A stretch of DNA of 64,000 nucleotides from Crenothrix sp. D3. GTDB taxonomy: Bacteria; Pseudomonadota; Gammaproteobacteria; Methylococcales; Methylomonadaceae. Each line of letters begins with the position of its first letter. The first letter of the stretch is position 1. This document shows positions 46,983 through 57,841 of this stretch, one piece after another. Position numbers and translations under genes: made by a program. Where the stretch lies: NCBI GenBank assembly GCA_002134785.1, contig MBQZ01000103.1, positions 26,865 through 90,864 of the forward strand, in the 5' to 3' direction. The notes below the pieces were generated by a model. That model did not search any database, had not been told where the DNA came from, and saw only the letters and a program-made list of their open reading frames with translations.

Positions 46983-48308
46983 CTACCGCCGATTACGTCT
47001 ACGCCACACAAAAAAACCTGTCACCAGTAACAACACAGGCAAAATAATTAAAAAACCAAAACTAAGTGCCGCAATTGCGGTTGGGCTTAATTGCAAACTC
47101 CCATCGGGTGTCGTTTTAGAGGGAATATCAATAAATTTATCATCATGAATCAGCCAATTGACTAGCCTTAAACCCATGTCTAAATTACCGACATTGCCGA
47201 TATAAGTATTCGATAAAAAATCGCCATCACCCACCACAACAATACGCTGTTCGGTATTTTTAATAGTTCGTGTTAAAGCGTAAGCAAAATTTAACGGCCC
47301 AGCTCGCTCAACACCGCCTGCATCAAAGCGGATTTTTCCTGATACCACCTCGGTTTCTGTCCACGACTGTTTAGCACTGCTCAATAAGGCTTCTGCTTTA
47401 AATGGACTGGTTAAATCTGAATCTAAAGCGGCAGTCACAGGATAGACAGTAATAGTCTGAAAACCCTTAGTAATCGGATGCTTAGTGTATTCACTTGCCA
47501 ATACAAAACTGGGATCATCAATGCCATACAGCTTTGATTTGCCATCGACTAAAACACCCGCTAATACGCGAATACCTAACCACTCCAACACGGGATTTAG
47601 ATGGGTATTATTAGGATCTGTAAGTAATAACAAATTGCCGCCGTTGTCGATATACTGCTTAATCAGCGTCAATTCACCCGCCATTAACGGCACAGCAGGT
47701 GCGGAAATCACCAGTAAATTAGAATTATCAGGAATTGCCTGTACAGTCGCTAGATTAAGCGATTGCGCTTTAATTTTATGCTGATCCAAGGCTTTACCAA
47801 ATGACCCAAAATCAAAATTAGCGATACCATTGGCGACACGTTCACCATGCCCTGCTAAAAACGATACCCAACGTTCATTAGCATTCGCCAGTTGCAATAA
47901 GGCATTAGTTAATGACGCTTCATCCATAAAAATTAAGCGTTCAATGCGTCCTTGATAGTCGATAATAATGCCGCCTTCTGAACCGATATTTAACTCACGC
48001 GTTTTTTCAGGAATAGAAGCAGGATCAACAAACGTTAAATTCACGTCGGCTTTATAATCACTATAACGCGCCACGAGTTGTTCAATTTGCCGCCGAATAG
48101 CTGCGTCTTTTTTCAGGTACGCAGTGATTTGTACTTTATCAGGCAGATTGGCTAATACTTTTTGTGAGGCTTCAGAGAGTGTATTACTGGCACTGCTGGT
48201 AATATCAACTTGCCCAGTAAATCGCTGTGTCAATGCCGCTAAGCCGCCTATCAAGGCTATGAATGCTAAGGTAAGCAGCGTATTTTTTAAGCGTGGTGGT
48301 AATTTCAT
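46983..48308 (-). CDS. GldG-like auxiliary component of an ABC-2 transport system
   Basis: N- and C-terminal TM anchors, 441 aa, immediately downstream of the ABC-2 permease and ATPase. Confidence 0.65.
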   Translation of the reverse strand: MKLPPRLKNTLLTLAFIALIGGLAALTQRFTGQVDITSSASNTLSEASQKVLANLPDKVQITAYLKKDAAIRRQIEQLVARYSDYKADVNLTFVDPASIPEKTRELNIGSEGGIIIDYQGRIERLIFMDEASLTNALLQLANANERWVSFLAGHGERVANGIANFDFGSFGKALDQHKIKAQSLNLATVQAIPDNSNLLVISAPAVPLMAGELTLIKQYIDNGGNLLLLTDPNNTHLNPVLEWLGIRVLAGVLVDGKSKLYGIDDPSFVLASEYTKHPITKGFQTITVYPVTAALDSDLTSPFKAEALLSSAKQSWTETEVVSGKIRFDAGGVERAGPLNFAYALTRTIKNTEQRIVVVGDGDFLSNTYIGNVGNLDMGLRLVNWLIHDDKFIDIPSKTTPDGSLQLSPTAIAALSFGFLIILPVLLLVTGFFVWRRRNRR

Positions 48309-48310
48309 TG

Positions 48311-49063
48311 TTATAACTGCTCCTTGTCTAAACGGCGAATACTGAGCAGTAAAAATAAGCTAATGAACAATAGAAAATAGCTAATGTCTGCTGTATTAAT
48401 TAACCCGCTTTGAATATTTTGGAAATGCCTGAGTATCGACAAATACGCCAATAACTCACTGTGTTTATCCGCTAAACCAGCCGACCAATCCAAAATCCAC
48501 AACACAAATAAGCTACCAAATGCCCCCATTGCCGCAATCGTCGGATTACTCGCTACACAAGACATGAATAAACCAATGGACGCAAACGCACTGACTAATA
48601 ATGACAACGCCAATAAATTGGCAACTAATTTACCAAAATCCAGCGTGCCACCTATCAGTAACGATAACGGCATCAGCGTAATCAGCCCGACAATCAAGGC
48701 GAATAAACCCAAACTACCCAAATACTTACCGATGATAATCTCCGCATTAGATAGCGGCGCGGACAATAATAACGTTAGCGTTTTATTACGCCGTTCTTCA
48801 CAAATCAGCCGCATCGTTAATAATGGCGTAACCAATAGCAGAATAATCCCTGCGTTACCAAATAACGGCGTGACCGTTATATCGGTCAAGCTAGGCGCGT
48901 TATCCATCGTTGCTAATTGTGGTTGTAGCATCGTGAAATTTTCCACCTGCGTTAAGAATAAAAACGCCAGTATGAATTGCAAAATCGCTAAAATTGTCCA
49001 CGCCAGCGGGGATAAAAACAGAGTTTTAAATTCGCGAGCGGCAATGACTAACATTAAGTTCAT
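48311..49063 (-). CDS. ABC-2 type transporter permease (GldF-like)
   Basis: Six hydrophobic helices, 250 aa, with an overlapping stop/start with the ATPase gene. Confidence 0.75.
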   Translation of the reverse strand: MNLMLVIAAREFKTLFLSPLAWTILAILQFILAFLFLTQVENFTMLQPQLATMDNAPSLTDITVTPLFGNAGIILLLVTPLLTMRLICEERRNKTLTLLLSAPLSNAEIIIGKYLGSLGLFALIVGLITLMPLSLLIGGTLDFGKLVANLLALSLLVSAFASIGLFMSCVASNPTIAAMGAFGSLFVLWILDWSAGLADKHSELLAYLSILRHFQNIQSGLINTADISYFLLFISLFLLLSIRRLDKEQL

Positions 49064-49782
49064 AAATCACCCGCTTGCATTAGCTCAATAAAAATCGCTT
49101 CTAAGGATTTTTCCGCAGGTAACGCATCAATTCGCGCATTCAACACACAAGCCCCTTGCCGAATAATCAGCACATCGGTACACAATTCTTGGACTTCCGA
49201 CAAAATATGCGTCGAAAAAATAACCCCATGATTTCGCCCCAACTCGCGTATCAAATTACGAATTTCTATGATTTGTAACGGATCAAGTCCCACAGTCGGT
49301 TCATCGAGAATAATCACATCGGGATTATGTACAATGGCTTGGGCAATACCGATACGTTGCTGATAACCTTTAGATAAATTGGCAATTAATCGGTCAGCAA
49401 CATCGGTTAAACCACAGCGTGTTTCAGCTAATTTCACTGCGGCAGGAATGTCCGCTTTAGGTACGCCATGCAGTTGGGCGCAATAACGTAAAAACTCATT
49501 AACACTGAGTTCTTTATACAGTGGTGGCGTATCAGGCACATAACCTAAACTGCGTTTAGCTAATTTAGCTTGCTTGAGCATATCAAAACCATTGACTTGA
49601 ATCTCACCACTCGTGGGTGCGAGATTACCGCACAGCATTTGTAATGTCGTGGTTTTACCCGCGCCATTTGCTCCTAAAAAACCCAATATTTGCCCCTTAG
49701 CTAAACTAAAACTAAGCTGATTAACGGCACAGTGTTTACCGTAATAGCGGGTGAGTTGCTCCGCTTTGATTAAGGTTGTCAT
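49060..49782 (-). CDS. ABC transporter ATP-binding protein
   Basis: Walker A 'GANGAGKTT', signature 'LSKGYQQR', Walker B 'IILDEP'. Confidence 0.9.
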   Translation of the reverse strand: MTTLIKAEQLTRYYGKHCAVNQLSFSLAKGQILGFLGANGAGKTTTLQMLCGNLAPTSGEIQVNGFDMLKQAKLAKRSLGYVPDTPPLYKELSVNEFLRYCAQLHGVPKADIPAAVKLAETRCGLTDVADRLIANLSKGYQQRIGIAQAIVHNPDVIILDEPTVGLDPLQIIEIRNLIRELGRNHGVIFSTHILSEVQELCTDVLIIRQGACVLNARIDALPAEKSLEAIFIELMQAGDL

Positions 49783-50408
49783 TAGCGTACCTGTTTTAAT
49801 AACTGCTCTAATTCAACCTGCATTTTTTTCCGCGCAAACAAAAATTTCCAGCGTGTTCCACCGCATTGTTTCCATAACAACGCTGAACGAATGCCCGCTA
49901 ACAAACACGCACGGATTTTATTAGCAATATCAGGGCGTGATAAATAATCAGAGTCTCCGTTTACCATGATGCGTGGCTGTAAGGTACTGAGTGTTTCTTG
50001 ATAGACATTGCCTAGATTGGCAAATACATTTTCATGCAGTAAGCCAAATTGATCCGCTTGTATTTGCGCTTTAATAATGCCTGTTTGAATATTTTTCAGC
50101 ATTTGCGGTTCTTGCGCCAATTTATTTTCCAAAAAAATCAAGGAAGCACAATACCGCGCTTGTTGAGAATCGGCGATTTTATAGCCTGTCATTTGCTCGC
50201 TAAGTTGTTCTAAACCTAGTTTTAGATTATTCAGACCACCGTAAATATCCAGCACAGTATCAGAATCTATTTTTAAAATACTGGTCATACTGGCTTCCAA
50301 TGCGACAGACTCTGCTTTGCCTGTGGTAGCGAGTTGCTGAACTAAAGCGGCGGCTTGGGTGATACCTGCTAAGGCGATAGTTTGATTTGTGATGGTTTTA
50401 AGTTGCAT
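49782..50408 (-). CDS. hflD: High frequency of lysogenization protein HflD
   Basis: 'TIALAGITQAAALVQQLA' and 'LLAGIRSALLWKQCGG' parallel E. coli HflD. Confidence 0.85.
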   Translation of the reverse strand: MQLKTITNQTIALAGITQAAALVQQLATTGKAESVALEASMTSILKIDSDTVLDIYGGLNNLKLGLEQLSEQMTGYKIADSQQARYCASLIFLENKLAQEPQMLKNIQTGIIKAQIQADQFGLLHENVFANLGNVYQETLSTLQPRIMVNGDSDYLSRPDIANKIRACLLAGIRSALLWKQCGGTRWKFLFARKKMQVELEQLLKQVR

Positions 50409-50423
50409 AGTATGGTTTAAATC

Positions 50424-50504
50424 GTAGGTTGGGTTAGCGGCTTTATCGCGTAACCCAACACACTCGTGGGAAATGTTGGGTTACGCTATCGCTAACCCAA
50501 CCTA
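50424..50504. repeat. Palindromic repeat built from GTAGGTTGGGTTAGCG / CGTAACCCAACA units
   Basis: 'gtaggttgggttagcg...cgtaacccaaca...tgttgggttacgc...cgctaacccaacctag', i.e. two nested inverted-repeat pairs. Confidence 0.7.
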
Positions 50505-50524
50505 GAAACTAGCCAATTAAATTC

Positions 50525-50560
50525 AAAAAACCTGCGAAGTTTTAAAAACCTCACAGGTTT
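50525..50560 (-). terminator. Rho-independent terminator of glnS
   Basis: On the minus strand, a 15-bp stem (two G-U pairs) 'aacctgtgaggtttt t aaaacttcgcaggtt' is followed by 'ttttttg'. Confidence 0.75.
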
Positions 50561-50570
50561 GAGTGAAACA

Positions 50571-52235
50571 TTAATCCTTAACCCAACCGTCTCTCAAGGT
50601 CACGGTGCGATTAAACACCAACTTACCCTCGACACTATCAACAGCATCTAAACAAAAATAGCCTGTTCGTTCAAATTGATAACGGTTATCGACGCTGGCA
50701 GTGGCTAAACTGGCTTCAACGCGGCAATTACTCAATACTTCCAAGGAATCGTGATTAATCACATCCAAGAAGTTATCTTCGTTGTCGGGTTGCGGCACGG
50801 TGAATAAACGACTATATAAACGGATTTCAGCAGGTTGTGAGTGGGCTTCTGATACCCAATGAATCACGCCTTTCACTTTACGCCCTTCAGGGTTTTTGCC
50901 TAAGGTTTCCGTATCATAACTGCAACGTAATTCAATAATGTTGCCGTCTGCGTCTTTGATAATTTCATCACAACGAATCACATAACTGCCGCGCAAACGT
51001 ACTTCGCCGCCTTCAATTAAACGTTTGTATTTTGGTGGTGGGATTTCGGCAAAATCATCTTGTTCAATCAGAATGACTTTAGAAAACGGTACGATGCGTT
51101 TGCCTAATTCATGACGTTGTGGATGATTGCCGACTTCCAGATGTTCTACTTGCTCATCGGGATAATTAGTAATCACCACGCGCAACGGTTGTAAAACCGC
51201 CATTGCTCGCAACGCGTTTTCGTTCAAGTCTTCGCGTATGCAGTATTCCAACACGCCCATTTCTATCCACGAATTTTGTTTAGTCACGCCGATGCGCTCA
51301 CAAAAATCACGGATGGCTTTCGGGGTAAATCCAGCACGACGTAAACCTGCAATAGTGGGCATACGGGGATCATCCCAACCGTTGACGTGTTTTTCCATCA
51401 CTAGCTGATTGAGTTTGCGCTTGCTGACGATGGTGTATTCCAATTGCAAACGCGCAAATTCAATTTGTTGTGGATGACAAGCAATGTCGATGTTATCCAG
51501 CACCCAATCATAGAGCGGGCGATGATCTTCAAATTCTAAAGTACATAAAGAATGGGTGATTCCTTCGAGTGCGTCAGAAATACAGTGCGTGTAATCGTAC
51601 ATTGGATAAATACACCACGCATCACCCGTGCGGTGATGATGTACACGGCGAATACGATACAGGGCAGGATCACGCATATTAATATTCGGCGATGCCATGT
51701 CGATTTTGGCGCGTAATACATATTGACCATCGGCAAATTCACCTGCTCGCATACGCGCAAATAAATCCAAATTATCAGCGATAGAGCGGCTACGGTCAGG
51801 GCTTGCTTTGCCCGCTTCGGTTAATGTACCCCGATAAACGCGAATTTCTTCGGCTGACAAACTATCAATATAAGCTAAGTCTTTTTCAATCAGCTGGACG
51901 GCATATTGATACAGTTGCTCGAAATAATCAGAGGCATGATGCAAACCCGACCATTGAAAACCCAGCCAATGTACATCGCGTTCAATGGATTCCATGTATT
52001 CGATGCTTTCTTTTTCGGGATTGGTATCGTCAAAACGCAAATTACAAGTGCCGTTATTTTCAATAGCCGATCCGAAATTTAAACAAATCGATTTGGCATG
52101 ACCGATATGCAGATAACCATTAGGTTCAGGTGGAAAACGTGTGGCAACTTTGCCATTGTGTTTGTTGGTGTTTAAATCATTCGCAATGATTTGACGAATA
52201 AAATTGGTCGGTAAGTTAGGTTCGTTTGTAGACAT
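50571..52235 (-). CDS. glnS: Glutaminyl-tRNA synthetase
   Basis: '[17 protein letters not shown]' (HIGH) and 'VSKRKL' (KMSKS-like), 554 aa. Confidence 0.95.
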   Translation of the reverse strand: MSTNEPNLPTNFIRQIIANDLNTNKHNGKVATRFPPEPNGYLHIGHAKSICLNFGSAIENNGTCNLRFDDTNPEKESIEYMESIERDVHWLGFQWSGLHHASDYFEQLYQYAVQLIEKDLAYIDSLSAEEIRVYRGTLTEAGKASPDRSRSIADNLDLFARMRAGEFADGQYVLRAKIDMASPNINMRDPALYRIRRVHHHRTGDAWCIYPMYDYTHCISDALEGITHSLCTLEFEDHRPLYDWVLDNIDIACHPQQIEFARLQLEYTIVSKRKLNQLVMEKHVNGWDDPRMPTIAGLRRAGFTPKAIRDFCERIGVTKQNSWIEMGVLEYCIREDLNENALRAMAVLQPLRVVITNYPDEQVEHLEVGNHPQRHELGKRIVPFSKVILIEQDDFAEIPPPKYKRLIEGGEVRLRGSYVIRCDEIIKDADGNIIELRCSYDTETLGKNPEGRKVKGVIHWVSEAHSQPAEIRLYSRLFTVPQPDNEDNFLDVINHDSLEVLSNCRVEASLATASVDNRYQFERTGYFCLDAVDSVEGKLVFNRTVTLRDGWVKD

Positions 52236-52393
52236 TGAGTTGGTTTGTAGTGAAGGTGATGAATGAATAAGCGGTAAAAGCCCACTATTTGAACAACCGC
52301 GATTATACTCTGCACGGTTAAGGTTTTGAAAAATGAAATTTTTAGCGGCTGTACCTTTGAGATTTTTAAAGCGTCAGCGGACTAAAAGTTATT

Positions 52394-52598
52394 TTATGCA
52401 CAGAAAAAATCAATGACTTAGCGAGACCTTTTGTTGATACAGTTTAGCTGGCTAAAATAATTTGTAACTCATTGATAATTAAATAAATCGGCAAATTGTC
52501 TTTTTTTTATACAATTTAACAAAACTGTAATAAAAACCGACACTAAGCGATGAAAAAACCGAGTTATCCACAGAGTTATCCACACAAGTTGTGCATAA
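52394..52598. promoter_or_regulatory. Cluster of four consensus DnaA boxes (TTATNCACA) flanking an AT-rich stretch
   Basis: TTATGCACA 52394-52402 (+). TTATCCACA 52564-52572 (+). TTATCCACA 52576-52584 (+). TGTGCATAA 52590-52598 (reverse orientation). A very AT-rich tract spans ~52440-52545. Confidence 0.5.
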
Positions 52599-52704
52599 CT
52601 TTGTGGTTTTAAAAAACAATTTTATTTCAATAGTTAAAGCTATTAAACTCCTGTGGGCTATGTCCCGCCTAATCACAATTTTTACACTGTAGGTGCTGTT
52701 ATTT

Positions 52705-55700
52705 ATGTCAGATTTACCTAAGTTACCGTATTACAAATTGACCGAAAAATTGGGCGAGAGCTTACAATCATTGGTTTATAAGGGCTATGCTAAAAATCAG
52801 CCTAATACGCTTTTAGTGTTGAAATTACTTAAGTTTTTATCGAGTTGGGATGATCAATCGCGGCATTTACGGCAAAAAATTGAACGGCTAAAAGTGCTAC
52901 ACGACCCGCGTGCTTGTACGCCCATCGCTTTAGAAAGTAATGGTGAAACACAGTTTATTGTCCAGCCTTGGTTTGCAGGGCAGTCTTTGAATGAATGGGC
53001 AGCTCAACAAGCAACCATATCATTAAGCGATTTTTTTGCTATTGCCTGTACCTTAGCGGAAATTTTGCAAGCGGTACATGAGGCGGGTATTACCCACGGC
53101 GGTGTGAAACCACACAATATTTTAGTGCAGCCCAGCACGCTGACGTTACGCTTAACCGATTTCATTACCCCTCTGGATATTCGCGATGTCAGTCATTTTA
53201 TTTATGATCCTGAATTTGTCCGTGGCACATTGGCGTACACCTCACCCGAACAAACAGGGCGTATTAATTATCGCGTGGATTTTTCCACCGATTTGTATTC
53301 CTTAGGCATTGTATTTTATGAATTGCTGACAGGAAAACTACCCTTTTTTTCTACCGATCCCTTGGCATTAATCCATTCCCATTTGGCAGAAGAAGCCCCC
53401 AAAGCACATGAAATTAACGCACTTGTTCCAGAACAACTGAGCGATATTATCGTTAAGCTGGTATTGAAGCAGCCAGAAAAACGCTATCAAAGCGCGGCGG
53501 GCTTATTGGCAGATTTATTGCGTTGCCGTGATGAATACGCAGCCACAGGAACGGTGACTAAATTCCCAGTTGGTTTGCGTGATCGAACCAAGCGGATGAT
53601 TTTTATTTCCAAAATGGTCGGGCGTTATGGCGAATGTGAGTTAATTCAGCGTGAGTATGACGCAGTGATGACGGGCGAGTTTCGTTCCGTGTTTATTTCA
53701 GGCTTTTCAGGTATTGGTAAAACGCGCTTAATTCAAGAATTACAAAAACCCCTAGTGCGTAATCGTGGCTATTTCACGTCGGGTAAGTTCGATCAATATC
53801 AAAAAAATATTCCTTACAGCTCGTTGATTCAAGCCTTGCGTAATTTAATGCGCACGTTTTTAACGGAGAGTGATGAGCAAATCGCACAGTGGCAAGCTAA
53901 AATTCTGGCAGCAGTCGGGCATGATGGTCGTGTGATTACCGATGTCGTTCCAGAATTGGAATTCATTATTGGTCAGCAAGCCGAAGTCTCTCACTTGCCA
54001 CCTGTCGAAGCGCGTAATCGTTTTAATAATTTATTTGGTCGCTTTCTGTCTTGCTTTGCTAATATCGAACATCCATTAGTGTTATTCATTGACGATTTAC
54101 AATGGTGCGATAGTGCGACTTTTGATTTTTTGCAAAACTTGTTTATTAATCCAGAGGAGCATCCGTATTTATTTTTTATCGGTGCGTATCGTCATAATGA
54201 AGTCGATGCCGCACATCCGTTAACTAAATTGATACGCACCATTCAACACCACCGTGGCGCGTTGCAATCGATTCGCTTAGACTCGTTAAATGAAGACGAT
54301 TGCCACGATATGGTGGCGTATATTTTGGATGCTTCATTAGAAGCAACCCAAAATCTCGCGCAATTTATCACCCATTTGACCGAAGGCAATCCGCTGTTTG
54401 TCAGTGAAAGTTTGGCATGGTTGTATAACGAAGATTTGCTGTACACCGACAGTGAACAGAATTGGCATTGGGACATGGCGAAAATTCGTGATGCTAAAAT
54501 GCCGACTACAGTGGTGGAATTATTCAGTTCCAAAGTGCGTAAGTTACCGCCAGAAACGCTACATATTCTTAATCACTGCGCTTGTATGGGCAATCGTTTC
54601 ACGGCTGATGATGTTGGTTTAGTGGTGGGTATCGGTGTGCGGGTCTTGTTTGATAATCTAAAACAAGTATTGAGTTTGGGAATGTTGTTGGAAAATAAAG
54701 CCGATTTGCAGTTTGTTCATGACCGTGTGCAGGAGGCGGTCTTACAGCAAGTCGATGAGCAAGAACGACTTGCAATTCATTGGCGCATTGGTCATCGGTT
54801 ATTAGACGCGATCCCCAAAGGCGCGGATTTAGAAGCCCAAGAAAATCTATTCACTATCGCTGCCCATCTTAATAAAGGGCATCCCGCTGACATGGAAGAT
54901 GCCACGCGCTACCGTTTAGTCACTATTAATTTTCATGCGGGCAACAAAGCCTTAGACGCATTAGCCAGTCAAGCTGCGAATGAATTTTATGCCAACGCCC
55001 ATGATTATTTACCCGCCGACAGTTGGATAACAGATTATGAATTAAGCTTTCGACTTTATCAGCGATTGGCAAAAACCGATTTGATGTGCGGGAATTATGA
55101 AAACTCAGAACGCTTACTCAATCAATTAATTCATCATGCTGTCAGTGATTTTGATAAAGCCGAAGCCTTAGCCGAACAAACCACCTCATTATCTTCGTTT
55201 GGTAATTTCAATCAGGCGATTATTACCGCGAATCGTGGCTTGGCGTATTTTGATAAAGCCATACCCGAAGATGCTGAACAAGCACAGCAACGAATGCAGC
55301 TTTTGATGGCTGAGATTGCCGCACAAGGGGATGTTTGGCAAACCATTTTAACTATGCCTTTCACCAACGAACGTAAAAGCAAAATTGAACTCGCGTTTTA
55401 TAGTGAATTGATTCCCGATTTATATATGTCTGGCTTAGTGCCGCAATTGTATTTATCAGCGGCGCAATCCACCCAATTGTGTTTAGCAGGTGGCATGGAT
55501 GAATCGGTGATTTATTCGTTTTCCATTATGGGGCTGAATTTAGGCGAGCAAGAGCAGTTTGAACTGGCGTTTCGTTATGAAGATTTAGCCCACGATTTAT
55601 GCGCTAAGTATCCCAATACCTTCGGCGCGACGCGTGGTATGAATGGTATCGTTTGGTGCAATATGCACTCACGTTCTCATCCTGCTGAGATTGCCGAATA

Positions 55701-57813
55701 TTGCTTAAAAGCCATACAGTGCGGCAAAAATTGCGGTGATTTATATAACGCGGGCTTGTCTTATGGCCCAAAGATGTGGAATTTACAGGTGCATGGTAAA
55801 AATTTACGCCACATCGAAGAAGTCGCGGAGGAATGTTTACAGTTTTCGCGCAAGAATCAATTATTCTTTTCCGTCGGTTTAGCGGAAGCCGTTTTAGCAG
55901 GGTGGGTCGCGCCAATGAAAGCTGATTACACGCCTGTCGCAATGGAAGAAACACTCACCCGCTGGGCAGAAAGTAATTATGTGTCGGCATCGGGTAGTTA
56001 TTTTGTGTTATTAGCCATTAGCCAATATTATCGTGGCGAGTATGTCGAAGCCGCTGCGTCATTGGCTAGCGTAGAAAATTATCTGCATGGCTTAACCGAT
56101 AACGTGTTAAAGCGGCTGTGGTTTGTGTTTCGGATTTTAAACCACTTACGGCTTGCACCACAGGGTGAATGGCAACAATGCAAAGCGGACATCTTGCCCT
56201 TGTTGAGAAAAATAGAAATATGGGCAAGTTTAGGCGTGTTATTAAAACCTTATTTAGCCTTCATTTACGCAGAAATTGCCCGCTATCAAAACCATCCACG
56301 CACCGCCAGAAACCTCTATTTAGACGCGATTACGCTGGCGCAACAGCAAGACTACACGCTATTGACTGGGCATTTGTACGAATGTTTGGGCGATTTACTG
56401 TTTTCAGACCTGTATTACGCCGAAGCGCAGCGTTTATACACGCTATGTCATGCCGAAGCCAAAGCCGTTCGTTTGCAAGAGCGTTACCGTTATGACACGA
56501 CCACCACCAGTAATAAACGCATCGATAATACTACTCTTGCACAAGAAACTAATGAGCCGCCTACCTTACCCAATCTTGATGTTAATTATTTGATGAAATC
56601 CTCGCTGGTGTTATCAGCAGAAACCGATTTAGCACAGTTGCTACAAAAAATCATGACGGTAGTCTTGGAATGTTCAGGCGCACAGCATGGTTATTTATTG
56701 ATTAAAGAACAAAATGAGTTGGTCGTCGCCGTTGAAAATCACATCGGCAAAAAGCCGATAGTACAACCGCGACACTACAGCATAAGTAAAGCACTAGGAC
56801 TCTGTCCCTCCATTGTTAATTATGTGTTTCGCACCCATGAAAAAACCGTGCTGAATGATGCGTGTGCAACGTGTAATCTTCAATGTATGTTGCCCGACTT
56901 ACAAGCCGTGGGTTTACGTTCAGTGTTATGTCTACCCGTCATTAAGCAAGGGCAGTTAATCGGCGTGTTGTATTTGGAAAATCAGCTATCAGCGGGGATT
57001 TTTACTGCTGAAAAAACGGGTATGACGGAATTATTAACGTCACAAGCCGCGATTTCCTTGGAAAATGCCCGTTTATTGGAAGAAACGCGCCACGCTTACG
57101 AGCAGCTACAAGAAAGCCGCGAAAATATGATGCAAATGGAAAAGTTATCCGCGCTGGGTACACTGGTCGGTGGCGTAGCCCATGAAATCAATAACCCGCT
57201 GATGGGGGTGATTAATTATGTCGAATTTGTGCAACAAAAATCCACCGATGAAAAAACAATTAAGGTATTAGGGCAAGCCTTACAGCAGATTGAACGCATT
57301 AAAAATATTGTCCGTAATATGCTGATTTATGTACGCACCAATGCGAATCCTACCGCAACTTGCTACATTGCCGAAACCATTACGCAAACCTTGTCGTTAT
57401 TGGATGGTGAATTTAAAAAATCCAATGTTCAGATACAACTTAATCTTGCTGAATCCTTGCCCGCTATATGTTTTAGTAGCGACAGCCTACAACAAGTATT
57501 AATTAATTTATTATTGAATGCGCGTGATGCGTTAAGCAAAACTAGCAAGCCGCTAATTAATATTAGCGCGATGGTTAATGGCGCGGGGCTAGAATTAACA
57601 ATTTCTGATAATGGTACAGGTATTCCCGATGCAGTATTAAAGCGCATTTTTGATCCCTTCTTCACCACTAAACCACCAGGAAAAGGTACAGGCTTGGGAT
57701 TATCCGTATCACACCGTTTGATTGAAGAAGCAGGTGGTAGCATAATAGCCTACAATCAAAATGATTGTGGCTGCTGCATGAAGCTACAATTTAAAATAGC
57801 CGAAACACATTAA
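52705..57813 (+). CDS. Giant multidomain sensor: degenerate Ser/Thr-kinase-like domain, AAA (AAA_16-type) ATPase, TPR-like region, GAF, HisKA and HATPase_c
   Basis: Kinase fold with 'HGGVKPHN' in place of HRDxKxxN. P-loop '[10 protein letters not shown]'. '[10 protein letters not shown]'. A GAF domain at ~aa 1290-1440. H-box 'VAHEINNPL' and 'GKGTGLGLS'. Confidence 0.85.
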   Translation: MSDLPKLPYYKLTEKLGESLQSLVYKGYAKNQPNTLLVLKLLKFLSSWDDQSRHLRQKIERLKVLHDPRACTPIALESNGETQFIVQPWFAGQSLNEWAAQQATISLSDFFAIACTLAEILQAVHEAGITHGGVKPHNILVQPSTLTLRLTDFITPLDIRDVSHFIYDPEFVRGTLAYTSPEQTGRINYRVDFSTDLYSLGIVFYELLTGKLPFFSTDPLALIHSHLAEEAPKAHEINALVPEQLSDIIVKLVLKQPEKRYQSAAGLLADLLRCRDEYAATGTVTKFPVGLRDRTKRMIFISKMVGRYGECELIQREYDAVMTGEFRSVFISGFSGIGKTRLIQELQKPLVRNRGYFTSGKFDQYQKNIPYSSLIQALRNLMRTFLTESDEQIAQWQAKILAAVGHDGRVITDVVPELEFIIGQQAEVSHLPPVEARNRFNNLFGRFLSCFANIEHPLVLFIDDLQWCDSATFDFLQNLFINPEEHPYLFFIGAYRHNEVDAAHPLTKLIRTIQHHRGALQSIRLDSLNEDDCHDMVAYILDASLEATQNLAQFITHLTEGNPLFVSESLAWLYNEDLLYTDSEQNWHWDMAKIRDAKMPTTVVELFSSKVRKLPPETLHILNHCACMGNRFTADDVGLVVGIGVRVLFDNLKQVLSLGMLLENKADLQFVHDRVQEAVLQQVDEQERLAIHWRIGHRLLDAIPKGADLEAQENLFTIAAHLNKGHPADMEDATRYRLVTINFHAGNKALDALASQAANEFYANAHDYLPADSWITDYELSFRLYQRLAKTDLMCGNYENSERLLNQLIHHAVSDFDKAEALAEQTTSLSSFGNFNQAIITANRGLAYFDKAIPEDAEQAQQRMQLLMAEIAAQGDVWQTILTMPFTNERKSKIELAFYSELIPDLYMSGLVPQLYLSAAQSTQLCLAGGMDESVIYSFSIMGLNLGEQEQFELAFRYEDLAHDLCAKYPNTFGATRGMNGIVWCNMHSRSHPAEIAEYCLKAIQCGKNCGDLYNAGLSYGPKMWNLQVHGKNLRHIEEVAEECLQFSRKNQLFFSVGLAEAVLAGWVAPMKADYTPVAMEETLTRWAESNYVSASGSYFVLLAISQYYRGEYVEAAASLASVENYLHGLTDNVLKRLWFVFRILNHLRLAPQGEWQQCKADILPLLRKIEIWASLGVLLKPYLAFIYAEIARYQNHPRTARNLYLDAITLAQQQDYTLLTGHLYECLGDLLFSDLYYAEAQRLYTLCHAEAKAVRLQERYRYDTTTTSNKRIDNTTLAQETNEPPTLPNLDVNYLMKSSLVLSAETDLAQLLQKIMTVVLECSGAQHGYLLIKEQNELVVAVENHIGKKPIVQPRHYSISKALGLCPSIVNYVFRTHEKTVLNDACATCNLQCMLPDLQAVGLRSVLCLPVIKQGQLIGVLYLENQLSAGIFTAEKTGMTELLTSQAAISLENARLLEETRHAYEQLQESRENMMQMEKLSALGTLVGGVAHEINNPLMGVINYVEFVQQKSTDEKTIKVLGQALQQIERIKNIVRNMLIYVRTNANPTATCYIAETITQTLSLLDGEFKKSNVQIQLNLAESLPAICFSSDSLQQVLINLLLNARDALSKTSKPLINISAMVNGAGLELTISDNGTGIPDAVLKRIFDPFFTTKPPGKGTGLGLSVSHRLIEEAGGSIIAYNQNDCGCCMKLQFKIAETH

Positions 57814-57841
57814 GACTAAAAACATTAAGACTGAAAAAATT

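Noticed and set aside
48564-49091. 175-aa plus-strand ORF
   Set aside because: It is antisense to the ABC-2 permease gene and has a low-complexity Asn/Ser/Ile-rich translation. It is a shadow ORF.
52394-52598. Firm call of this locus as oriC
   Set aside because: There are only four boxes, no dnaA/dnaN/gidA context, no GATC cluster and no recognisable 13-mer repeats. It is reported as a DnaA-box cluster that needs genome-scale skew or coverage evidence.
52479-52676. 65-aa minus-strand ORF in the glnS / kinase intergenic region
   Set aside because: Its 'VDNSVDNSV' segment is simply the translation of the tandem DnaA boxes. The region is better explained as regulatory DNA.
52705-57813. Giant P-loop/TPR protein as a STAND-type anti-phage defence NTPase
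   Set aside because: The C-terminal GAF plus complete histidine-kinase core, and the adjacent receiver protein, point to a signalling sensor. No nuclease, protease or other effector domain was seen.
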